64,000 bases of DNA from Parcubacteria group bacterium M6-OD1-4 (GTDB lineage: Bacteria > Patescibacteriota > Patescibacteriia > Patescibacteriales > UBA12465), in the NCBI GenBank assembly GCA_003056205.1, contig LSNS01000019.1:5630-69629 (forward strand), in the 5' to 3' direction. Each line of letters begins with the position of its first letter. Within the stretch, counting starts at the first letter, position 1. Of the stretch, positions 21,555-29,423 are shown piece after piece. The notes beneath the pieces are model-generated. The model did not search any database. It saw only the letters and a list, made by a program, of their open reading frames with translations, and was not told where the DNA came from. A program made the position numbers and the translations under genes.

Positions 21555-21717
21555 GCAATTAAATAACAATTAAACTCTAAGAAAACATCTTTATTATAAA
21601 ACAGAATAAAGGTCTTAGCAATTATCAAAATTCAATAACTGACGATTCTAAACCAAGTTAATTAAAGATTCGGGAAAAAATTCCTAAAACAAGCGCTCGG
21701 GGAATAATATTGAAAGT

Positions 21718-23085
21718 TTATTTTTTTGAAGTAGTTTTAACTTTATCTGAAGTTTTAGTATCTTGCGAACTCTGTTGATCACCTTTTTCACTCACAACCG
21801 TCTTTTCGGCGGTAGTACTTTTAGTTTCAGCGACTTTTGATATTTTTGAAGTTTTAGATTTTTTTTCTTCCGAAGAAGTCTTGATTTCCTTAGTTTCTGT
21901 AATTGGAGGTTCCGCCTTTTTACTTTTTTTAGCTGACGACTTAACCTTAACTTTTGAGGAATCAGTTTCGGGAAGATCTTTTTTCTTGGCAGAGACTTTG
22001 GCGGTTGAAAGTTTCAATCCTAAACGGTGTTCACTCGGTGAAATACTGACAATCTCAAAATTATGTAATTCACCAACTTGGAATAAATCAATAATCTTAT
22101 CTTTAACCCCCAAATTTAATTGACTAATATGAGCTAAGCCATGAATTTCTTCATCTAATTTAACAAACAAACCAAAGGGATTGATTTTTAAAATCTGACC
22201 ATTAATTATTTGCCCAATATGGTATTTAGCGCTAGCTTCCATCCAAGGATCTTTTAATAATTTCTTAGCACTCAAGAATACTTTAGCGCCATCAATAGAA
22301 ATAATTACGGCTTTAATTACATCATTTACTTGATACATATCGCTCGGAGAATCAATCCTTTGCCAAGCTAATTCAGAAATATGAATCAAACCTTCGATAT
22401 TTTCTCCAAAAGAAACAAAAACACCAAAATTGGTAATTGCTGTAATATGCCCCTCAACTTCCATGCCGGTCTGATATTTATCAAGAGCAGGCTTTTGTTT
22501 TTTACTCCAAACATCTTTTTCACTAAAAATTATTTTGTTATCTTCTTCATTTAAAGTAATAACAGCAACTTCAAATTCCTGGCCAACAAAAGATTTTAAT
22601 TTTTCTAAAATTTTGCTTTTATCACCCCCAGAAATTCGGGGATAGTTTTCTGGCGCCAATTGCGAAACTGGTAAAAAACCATCAATTTGGCAATAACGAC
22701 TCAATAAACCACCCTTATTAGCATCAACAATTTTAACTTTAATAGTTGTTTTATCTTTAAAGGCCTGTTGTAATTCATCCCAAGCTTTTTCCTGACCGAC
22801 CAAACGAAAAGATAATTCTAATTCACCTTTTTCATTATCAGCGTCAATCACTGCTGCTTCAATTTCATCGCCTGGTTTCAAGCTAGAAAATTCTTCAACT
22901 TCATTATAAAGTTCTGGACCACGGATAATACCCATTAAAACTCCAGCAACATCCAATTTAACTTCCGATTTAGAGGCGGCAACCACCGTCCCTTTCACAA
23001 TATCACCAACCTGGGGAATTTTAATATCGTCCTTGTTTAATAATTTTTCAAACTCACTAGTTTCTTCAGTTTTTTTATCTTCCAT
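21718..23085 (-). CDS. rpsA: 30S ribosomal protein S1 (multiple S1 domains) with long K/S/T-rich C-terminal tail
   Basis: Repeated S1 OB-fold signatures (GDIVKGTV, GMEVEGHITAITNFGVFV, GQIINGQILKINPFGLFV). ORF opens at 23145, but MEDKKTEE at 23085 is the more plausible start. Confidence 0.85.
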   Translation of the reverse strand: MEDKKTEETSEFEKLLNKDDIKIPQVGDIVKGTVVAASKSEVKLDVAGVLMGIIRGPELYNEVEEFSSLKPGDEIEAAVIDADNEKGELELSFRLVGQEKAWDELQQAFKDKTTIKVKIVDANKGGLLSRYCQIDGFLPVSQLAPENYPRISGGDKSKILEKLKSFVGQEFEVAVITLNEEDNKIIFSEKDVWSKKQKPALDKYQTGMEVEGHITAITNFGVFVSFGENIEGLIHISELAWQRIDSPSDMYQVNDVIKAVIISIDGAKVFLSAKKLLKDPWMEASAKYHIGQIINGQILKINPFGLFVKLDEEIHGLAHISQLNLGVKDKIIDLFQVGELHNFEIVSISPSEHRLGLKLSTAKVSAKKKDLPETDSSKVKVKSSAKKSKKAEPPITETKEIKTSSEEKKSKTSKISKVAETKSTTAEKTVVSEKGDQQSSQDTKTSDKVKTTSKK

Positions 23086-23311
23086 ATATTTAAGTTTTTT
23101 ATTGCGTACAATAAAAAAAAGTTCTTTAACTTGATTAAACATCAAGCCCTGCGACCACCTCTAGTCTATTTTAGTAGACTATCTAATCCGCAAGTTTTAT
23201 TAAAGGTGTTATTAATTTATAACAATTATAGTATAAATAAAAAAATCAGAACTGTCAAACTAAGAATTATATGTTATACTAATGATAAGATAAAAAATAA
23301 TTACTAGATTT

Positions 23312-24124
23312 ATGACAAAAATCATCAAAAATTTATTAGGTTTAGCCTTAATGATTTCCGTATTAATTTTAGCCTATGCGGGTTTAAAATATGCTAATTT
23401 CTACAGCAAAATGATTCAACCTTCTTCTTTCCGCAGCTTTTTAGTAACGAGTAATGCGAAAGTTAATAGTCTCCCAGATATTGCTCAATTTAATTTTCAA
23501 GTAATTACTGAAGGGAATAAAAACCTCGTCGCCTTACAAAGCAAAAACACGGAAATAACTAATAAGGTTATTACTTTTTTAAAGGATCAGGGAATATTAA
23601 GCAACAATATTAAAACTCAGTCTTATAATCTTCGTCCTCGTTATCAAAACTCTAATTGTCAGATTTCTAATACTCCCAGTCGTTATTTGGATTCTAAAAT
23701 CAACTTTATTAAACAAACTTGCCCACCACCAAGCATTGTCGGCTATACAGTAACACAGACTATTGCGGTAAAAATCCATAATTTCAATAAAATTGGAAAT
23801 ATTATGAGCGGTCTTAGTAAAAATGGCGCTAATAAAATTAGTTCTCTTTCTTTCAGTATTAATGATTTAAGCAAAGTCCAAACTGAAGCCCGTAACCAAG
23901 CTATTGCTAAAGCTAAAATTAAAGCCGAATCTATTGCTCAAGCTAGTGGCTTTAAATTAGGAAGATTAATAACTATTCGTGAGGGGTCTCCTTACCCAAT
24001 CTACAATTCCTCATTACTCACCGCCAGGTCTGCTGGAGCGACACCTTCTAACCCTAGCCCAATAATCCAACCTGGTTCTCAAGAAATTAATGTTAGCGTC
24101 ACTCTACAATATGAGATTAAGTAA
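23312..24124 (+). CDS. SIMPL/DUF541-family secreted protein (BP26-like)
   Basis: 270 aa, N-terminal TM/signal. C-terminal ...IQPGSQEINVSVTLQYEI is typical of SIMPL-domain proteins. Confidence 0.6.
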   Translation: MTKIIKNLLGLALMISVLILAYAGLKYANFYSKMIQPSSFRSFLVTSNAKVNSLPDIAQFNFQVITEGNKNLVALQSKNTEITNKVITFLKDQGILSNNIKTQSYNLRPRYQNSNCQISNTPSRYLDSKINFIKQTCPPPSIVGYTVTQTIAVKIHNFNKIGNIMSGLSKNGANKISSLSFSINDLSKVQTEARNQAIAKAKIKAESIAQASGFKLGRLITIREGSPYPIYNSSLLTARSAGATPSNPSPIIQPGSQEINVSVTLQYEIK

Positions 24125-24143
24125 CTAAGAAATTAAAAGTTTT

Positions 24144-24175
24144 AAAAAAGGGAGGGACTAATTATAGTCCTTCCC
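24144..24175. terminator. hairpin terminator between convergent genes
   Basis: 11-bp stem GGGAGGGACTA/TAGTCCTTCCC (one G-U) with ATTA loop. A6 on one side gives a T6 run for the minus-strand gene; weaker T-run for the plus gene. Confidence 0.55.
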
Positions 24176-24202
24176 TTATCTCTCAAAAACCTAAAAATAT
24201 TT

Positions 24203-24571
24203 CTATTTTTGGTTTTTTTTACATTCATTTATATAATTATTCCAAATTTTTTGCGTGAAAGCCATCCTTCTCTCGAAATCATCTCGCAAACTGGTTTCCC
24301 AGACACGAAACGATTGCTGCGGATGGTGCTTTTTTAGTTCCAGAACATCCTCCATAGAAATCCGGAATTCCTTAACTATTCTAGCTTGATCAGCGAGCAA
24401 TTGCTGTTCGGCATGTTCAATTTTCTTGTTTAAAAAATAGTTCAGCTGTGATTGAACATATTTCTTATTGTTCGCCAACCAATTTTGGATTTTTAGGTTG
24501 TTTCTCTCCATAAAGAGCTCAAGATACTCTTTGTAGTCGGTGATGAATTTTTTGCTTTGTTTTTTTTCCAT
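24203..24571 (-). CDS. hypothetical protein (122 aa, helical, no recognised domain)
   Basis: Intact ORF with ATG at 24571 and TAG stop, followed by a terminator. No motif recognised. Confidence 0.45.
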   Translation of the reverse strand: MEKKQSKKFITDYKEYLELFMERNNLKIQNWLANNKKYVQSQLNYFLNKKIEHAEQQLLADQARIVKEFRISMEDVLELKKHHPQQSFRVWETSLRDDFERRMAFTQKIWNNYINECKKNQK

Positions 24572-24620
24572 TTTCGTTTTTTTTAAAGGTTAATTTTAAT
24601 TTACTTAGGACTAAAACTAT

Positions 24621-24629
24621 CCCCCCCCC
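24621..24629. repeat. C9/G9 homopolymer tract
   Basis: Nine consecutive C (plus strand) in an otherwise very AT-rich spacer, 50 nt upstream of the ATG at 24571. Confidence 0.9.
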
Positions 24630-24874
24630 TTGAATGACAGAAAGTGTAAATAGATAGGTTTAATACTAAGCAAATTAATCCCTTATTTTTTAAAGAACCA
24701 AATACAGAATGTTTATCTTAATAAATTTAAGCAATTTCGTCAAGTTAATATCTTGGCTTGTAAAGGTGAAATAGAAATGTCCTCCTTGCTAATTTTGCAG
24801 TATAAATACTAAATTTATTTAATTAACTAAAATTTCTAGAGTCATAATGAAAAATTCTTAGAGAATGATTATTT

Positions 24875-25873
24875 TTAAATGATATTTTTTTTATTAGAAA
24901 CAAAGGTAACCGCCTGTTTAATGTCAGTAGTACCCAAAATCCATTGAGTTATTCGGGAAATTCCAAAACCACAACCAGCATGAGGGATACTGCCCTTTTC
25001 CAATTGATTAATATACCAAGCAAAATCTTCTAAAGAACCGCCCATTTTTTCTAAACGTTTGAACATTCGCGAATTCAATAATCTTTTTTTCATTTCTTCT
25101 GCTGAATGCACTCTAGCGGCTGAGCCCACAGCCTCGCCCGCTAAAGGAAGAATTAAATCACTGGATAAAACTCGACCAGGATGTTCGGGATCTGGTAACA
25201 TATTAAAAAATTTTTCTATTTCAATTTCCTGATCATGCTTATACATTGGATCGGGATAATGAGTAATAAATAGGGGTTGCTCACCAAAATATTTAACCAA
25301 AATTGTTTCTTGTTTAGAATTAATATCGTCTCCCCAATTTATATCTTCATTTTTACCTTTTAAAATATCAAGGGCCTCGTCATAAGTAACTTTTGGAAAA
25401 ACTGCTGGACAAGTTGCTAATTGCTTTAAACGCTTGGGGCTGATACCTAAATCTTTATTAACTCCAACTAACGCTAACTGGTGAGCAATGTCGCTAATAT
25501 AAATTTCTATCTCTTTGAGTAGATCACTAAAATTACCAGCAAATTCTATTTCCATCATATAAAACTCAATTAAATGCCGATCGTCTACTTCATTTTCTGC
25601 CCGAAAAGAAGGGCCAGCACAATATACTTTTTTTAAATCTGGCACTAGAGCTTCCAAATAAAGTTGACCAGTCTGGGCTAAATAAGCTTGGTGACCAAAC
25701 CATTTAGTGTTTCCATCAACACCAACCTCAAATAAAGTATTGACATTTTCACAAGCACCAGTAGCACGAACAATGCGAGGTACTACCACTTCGGTATAAC
25801 CACGTTTTTCTAAGCTGGCCCGACCCGCCTTTAAAATCTCGGATACGACCAAAGTACATTTGTTGTTTTCCAT
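24875..25873 (-). CDS. AsnRS-like class II aaRS catalytic-core paralogue lacking an anticodon-binding domain (candidate archaeal-type asparagine synthetase A)
   Basis: 332 aa, beginning directly at the catalytic core. Motif 2 GPSFRAENEVDDRHLIEFYMMEIEF, motif 3 HAGCGFGISRITQWILG. No N-terminal OB fold. Confidence 0.6.
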   Translation of the reverse strand: MENNKCTLVVSEILKAGRASLEKRGYTEVVVPRIVRATGACENVNTLFEVGVDGNTKWFGHQAYLAQTGQLYLEALVPDLKKVYCAGPSFRAENEVDDRHLIEFYMMEIEFAGNFSDLLKEIEIYISDIAHQLALVGVNKDLGISPKRLKQLATCPAVFPKVTYDEALDILKGKNEDINWGDDINSKQETILVKYFGEQPLFITHYPDPMYKHDQEIEIEKFFNMLPDPEHPGRVLSSDLILPLAGEAVGSAARVHSAEEMKKRLLNSRMFKRLEKMGGSLEDFAWYINQLEKGSIPHAGCGFGISRITQWILGTTDIKQAVTFVSNKKNII

Positions 25874-25884
25874 AATTTATTTAG

Positions 25885-26019
25885 TTAATAATTAAAAAAA
25901 AACCGTCCAAGTGGACGGATTAATAAATATAATTTTTTAAAAAAATAACCTCCTAAATATGAGATTATTCTCCAACATATCTCTTTAAATTTGAAATAAT
26001 AAAATAATTTATTTAACAT
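25885..26019 (-). other. candidate 44-codon upstream ORF that reads through the hairpin/U9 ahead of the AsnRS-like gene
   Basis: ATG 26019, peptide MLNKLFYYFKFKEICWRIISYLGGYFFKKLYLLIRPLGRFFFNY, TAA 25885-25887, 11 nt before the downstream ATG. Could be chance in AT-rich DNA. Confidence 0.2.
25894..25918 (-). terminator. intrinsic terminator-like hairpin 20 nt upstream of the AsnRS-like start
   Basis: Minus strand CCGTCC-ACTT-GGACGG followed by T9. Confidence 0.6.
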
Positions 26020-26029
26020 GTTACTAATA

Positions 26030-26057
26030 ATAATACTCCATTAACAAATTATGTCAA
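26030..26057 (-). promoter_or_regulatory. candidate promoter in the 26169-25873 spacer
   Basis: Minus strand TTGACA (26057-26052), 16 nt, TATTAT (26035-26030). The ATG of the small ORF lies 10 nt downstream. Confidence 0.4.
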
Positions 26058-26168
26058 TTAAATTTTTTCTAACTATTAAATTAACTAGTTTTTGTTGTCA
26101 TGTTTTTAAAAAGTACAAAAACACTTTTACTAATAGTGAATTTAGAATTTATTTAAAAATATAGTAAA

Positions 26169-26573
26169 TTATTTTTTATGACGGTGGACCTGATAGATTT
26201 GCTTTGATTTTCTGGTAATTGCTAATAAAGTTAAAACTGCAATATAAGAAGAAACTACAGCTGCTGGTAGATGATAAGACATCTGGAGAGCATAATCAAT
26301 AACGACTAAAGAAATTATCAAAATAGTCCAAATAATAACAAATATTTCCCCAGGATGTTGCCGATGATGATTGTTATACCAACGCTCAAATTCTTTATCG
26401 CTGACATAAACCGTTAAGACTCCGATATAAATCATGGCGACAATATTCAAAAGATTAATCGCTGAATTATTGGTCAAAAAATCATAAATAATAATAAGAA
26501 AAAAAACAATCGTCCAAGAGTTTATTAAATAACGCCAAATATTAAACGTGACAGAAGTTTTCTTTTTATTCAT
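26169..26573 (-). CDS. hypothetical integral membrane protein (4 predicted TM helices)
   Basis: 134 aa with four hydrophobic segments. Starts 5 nt after the upstream ORF's stop, so likely co-transcribed. Confidence 0.5.
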   Translation of the reverse strand: MNKKKTSVTFNIWRYLINSWTIVFFLIIIYDFLTNNSAINLLNIVAMIYIGVLTVYVSDKEFERWYNNHHRQHPGEIFVIIWTILIISLVVIDYALQMSYHLPAAVVSSYIAVLTLLAITRKSKQIYQVHRHKK

Positions 26574-26578
26574 AAAAA

Positions 26579-27034
26579 TTAATTTTGAACTACTTTATTT
26601 TCTAACAATTTATAAGACAAATCGATATCTAAAGGCAGATTGGCGACAACGATAAATTTGTTCTTATCTTTTTGAGATATTCTAAAATAATAGCGTCCAC
26701 TTTTGGTAACCGGCAAGCCTTGAACATTCGTGCGATTGCGGAATCTTTTAACACCCGCTTTAATCTGAAGAGTGTTCTGAAACTCATTAAGAACCGTCCC
26801 TTGAGGATCAAGTAATTCTCCTTTAATCTCTAAAGAAGTGTCTTGGCTAAAATTCTCAATAGACCAAAAACTAACTATCTGAAAATTAACCGGAATTATC
26901 AATTTTTCAGTTTTAGATACTTGTGTTTCATCAATAACTAATTTTAATTCTTCCAAACAACTAAAAATACTAAGAAGATTAGTTTCAAAATCTATTGACG
27001 ACTTCTCACAAATGATTGACCAAATATGTTTCAT
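26579..27034 (-). CDS. hypothetical soluble protein (151 aa)
   Basis: Intact ORF, ATG 27034, TAA stop. Beta-rich composition, no domain recognised. Confidence 0.45.
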   Translation of the reverse strand: MKHIWSIICEKSSIDFETNLLSIFSCLEELKLVIDETQVSKTEKLIIPVNFQIVSFWSIENFSQDTSLEIKGELLDPQGTVLNEFQNTLQIKAGVKRFRNRTNVQGLPVTKSGRYYFRISQKDKNKFIVVANLPLDIDLSYKLLENKVVQN

Positions 27035-27089
27035 ATATTTATGTTTAACTTAATAAATTAACAAGTAATGATTGGCAAAAAATCTATAA

Positions 27090-27230
27090 TTAATTCGGCC
27101 AAGTTTTAAAATATGGATGGAATAAACGGTAACCATCCTTTTTATTTAATTCCGCTTGAATAAATTCTTGTTGAATTTCAATTTCGAGAGCATTAAGTGC
27201 AGTGCGTCCTTGACGAGCTTTTTTGTTAAA
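27090..27230 (-). other. 46-codon in-frame continuation after the TGA at 27231-27233
   Basis: Same frame as 27231..27887 reads FNKKARQGRTALNALEIEIQQEFIQAELNKKDGYRLFHPYFKTWPN, then TAA (27090-27092). Composition is coding-like. Confidence 0.4.
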
Positions 27231-27887
27231 TCACCAGACCCCCAAATTTCTTTTGTAGATAGGAACTTTAAAGATTTTAGCATACGTTGGTATTTTATAT
27301 ACTAACATGCCCAGCTCTTTATTTTCAATCAACAACCACTGGCCAAAGAATAGTCTCGGAAATATCTGAACAATAAATAGACTACAGAGAAGCTTCTGAC
27401 GATAATTATATTTTTCCAGAATGTATTTAGAAAAAGATAAATAATGTCGCCGTTCTTTTCCCCGAGCTTTAGTCCAATGCCATTGCTGTTCAATATTTTT
27501 ATCAAGAAGACGAAGTCCAGAAATAAAGAGTTCATTCTTCTGAAGTTTAGGAAATTGCTTCTTAATATTTCCAAGCACCAAAACATCCCACTGAATAACG
27601 ACAACACTATCCCATCCTGATAATTGACGACCTTGATTCTGATACCAATCCAAGATAAGCAGATCACCATTTATCCACTTCCAAGAACGTGCTTGTCCAG
27701 AAAGCGAACTAAGATAAAATTTATCTAAATATTTATTTAGTTTAGTTCGATATAATTTGGCTTGCTTCTGGTCGCCACCATAAAGACCAAATATTTTAAT
27801 ATGGGGATTATGTTTCTTAATCAATTTCAAGTGATTTAAACAAACCTCTGGTTCTTTATAAAACCAAAATAAAACAGCTAATTTCAT
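27231..27887 (-). CDS. hypothetical protein; the only CDS in the window ending in TGA (frame continues, see 27090..27230)
   Basis: The ORF-track start at 27938 is TTG. ATG at 27887 (MKLAVLFWFYKEPE) lies 6 nt after TGTTATAAT. No domain recognised. Confidence 0.5.
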   Translation of the reverse strand: MKLAVLFWFYKEPEVCLNHLKLIKKHNPHIKIFGLYGGDQKQAKLYRTKLNKYLDKFYLSSLSGQARSWKWINGDLLILDWYQNQGRQLSGWDSVVVIQWDVLVLGNIKKQFPKLQKNELFISGLRLLDKNIEQQWHWTKARGKERRHYLSFSKYILEKYNYRQKLLCSLFIVQIFPRLFFGQWLLIENKELGMLVYKIPTYAKIFKVPIYKRNLGVW

Positions 27888-27893
27888 TTTTAT

Positions 27894-27902
27894 ATTATAA
27901 CA
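27894..27902 (-). promoter_or_regulatory. extended -10 element (TGTTATAAT) 6 nt upstream of ATG 27887
   Basis: Minus strand TGTTATAAT-ATAAAA-ATG. The geometry implies a leaderless or near-leaderless mRNA. Confidence 0.4.
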
Positions 27903-28153
27903 CAAAAACAACTTGCTAGATTGTATAACGCAAAACAATAAAGGGAACAGTCCACTCGCTCCAATAGAGCGCCAACAAAGGAATTACAAAATTCTAAAAT
28001 AAAATCTTGTTTATTTAAAGAAATTAGCTTTAAGCAACAAATTAAAAATTGTTAAAAAAGAAAAAAAATGGAATTCTTCCGATTTGAGCCACAAAGTAGA
28101 TAGTAGTCAAAGCTCTTTTAAGATTAGATTATTGAAAGAAGTGGCTCAGTCCA

Positions 28154-28726
28154 TTAAAATAGAGTTGAATTAATTAACTTATCTAATTTTTTGTTATTAA
28201 ACTTTTTTAAATATCTTTTTACTTTTTCTTTGTCCAACAAACCTAGATTCATCTCTTTTGGGTCAAAATGTCCATATCCATTTAGAGATAGGTATGCTAA
28301 ATCTAAAAAGGCTTTTTCTGGTTCCGCTATCAAATAATCATCTTTTCTTATATATCCCCAAAAAAGATCACTTTTAATATGTCTATAAACAATGGGGTAA
28401 TTATGAATGTTAATATCTTTTTTTCTTTTATTCGTTGCTAAAGTAAGGCTAACTGTTTGCTGACTAAGAATATTGTAATAATTAAGAACTGATTCAAAAG
28501 ACACATAACTAGGACTATAAATATTAACAGCTAAATTCTCCCAAGAAATATTATTAATATTCTTAGTATATAAACCATTAACAAGCTTAATAATTTCTCC
28601 AGTTTTTACAGCTCGACTTATGGCGACCTTAAGACTAGCCTTCTCTAAACTACTAATTTTAGACAAATCTTTTAGGGAAAAATATGTTTTAGGAATATTA
28701 TTTATTTCTTTCAATAACTTGCTCAT
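28154..28726 (-). CDS. AbiEi-like antitoxin/transcriptional regulator (type IV TA, wHTH N-terminus)
   Basis: 190 aa. FSLKDLSKIS...AISRAVKTGEIIKLVNGLY (AbiEi_4-like wHTH), then SYVSFESVLNYYNI and AEPEKAFLDLAY motifs. Confidence 0.65.
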   Translation of the reverse strand: MSKLLKEINNIPKTYFSLKDLSKISSLEKASLKVAISRAVKTGEIIKLVNGLYTKNINNISWENLAVNIYSPSYVSFESVLNYYNILSQQTVSLTLATNKRKKDINIHNYPIVYRHIKSDLFWGYIRKDDYLIAEPEKAFLDLAYLSLNGYGHFDPKEMNLGLLDKEKVKRYLKKFNNKKLDKLINSTLF

Positions 28727-29390
28727 ATAATTGTTTAATTATTGGATAATACTTGGGTGGAAGAAAAACTTGCAATTCATTCTTGAAGGCTCTTTCTTTA
28801 AAATTTGGAGTTGCTAAGGGTAAACTAAAATTAACACGAAGAGATTGTGATATATACCAAAGATCAAAAATATCTCTAGCTTTTTTTCTTTGAGCAATAG
28901 CATCTTCTTTTAATGTTTTCAAATTTTCAAGGGTTGGAACTAAGAGCAAGGGGCTTAAAATACTAACCGGACTTTTAATTAAATTTAAATTAATATTTAA
29001 ATTAACTTTTTTAGCTGGTTTATGTATCTCTATCTTCAAAGAAAAAGGGTGCTTCAACTTTTCATCATTTATTTTTAATAAAGCAAAAATTGTCTGTCTT
29101 TTGTCTTTTATATCACTTAATTTCCAACCTTGTTGTTCGCTTAAATCCTCAATAAATTCCTTAAATTCAGTAAAACTAACTCTTTTTATTTCAATTAGGT
29201 CTATATCTTCTGAAAATCTAGGAGAATCATAGACTAAGCGAAGCGCCGTTCCTCCATAGAAGACAACTTTAGAACTCAAATCATTTTGAGCTAATTCATT
29301 TAAAAAAATCATTTCAATTTCTTCACGAATAATTTTATCAATGGAAATTTTTAAATCTCTCTTATATTGTTCTAATTGTTCTAAATTCAT
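28698..29390 (-). CDS. AbiEii/DUF1814-like nucleotidyltransferase toxin
   Basis: 230 aa. VFYGGTALRLVYDSPRFSEDIDL is the NTase signature of the AbiEii family. Overlaps the downstream AbiEi-like gene by 29 nt. Confidence 0.65.
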   Translation of the reverse strand: MNLEQLEQYKRDLKISIDKIIREEIEMIFLNELAQNDLSSKVVFYGGTALRLVYDSPRFSEDIDLIEIKRVSFTEFKEFIEDLSEQQGWKLSDIKDKRQTIFALLKINDEKLKHPFSLKIEIHKPAKKVNLNINLNLIKSPVSILSPLLLVPTLENLKTLKEDAIAQRKKARDIFDLWYISQSLRVNFSLPLATPNFKERAFKNELQVFLPPKYYPIIKQLYEQVIERNK

Positions 29391-29423
29391 AGATGTAGTA
29401 TAGTTAACATTTATGCTAATTAT

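Noticed and set aside
25874-26168. T-box or another known riboswitch upstream of the AsnRS-like gene.
   Set aside because: There is no T-box consensus (AAnnGGGTGGTACCGCG-like), no specifier or antiterminator architecture, and the region is almost pure A/T apart from the terminator hairpin.
27231-27233. Selenocysteine insertion at the in-frame TGA.
   Set aside because: Only a 4-bp CGTC/GACG mini-hairpin follows the codon, and nothing resembles a bacterial SECIS. The local context (GVW-TGA-FNK) is not a redox motif, and no selA, selB, selC or selD genes are seen in the window.
27939-28153. Possible tRNA-fragment att repeat or small RNA in the 215-nt spacer; TGGAGCGAGTGGACTGTTCCC superficially resembles a tRNA 3' half.
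   Set aside because: It does not match the 3' ends of tRNA-Gly, tRNA-Leu or ssrA in this window. No cloverleaf or T-arm (GTTCGAATC) is present and no integrase is nearby.
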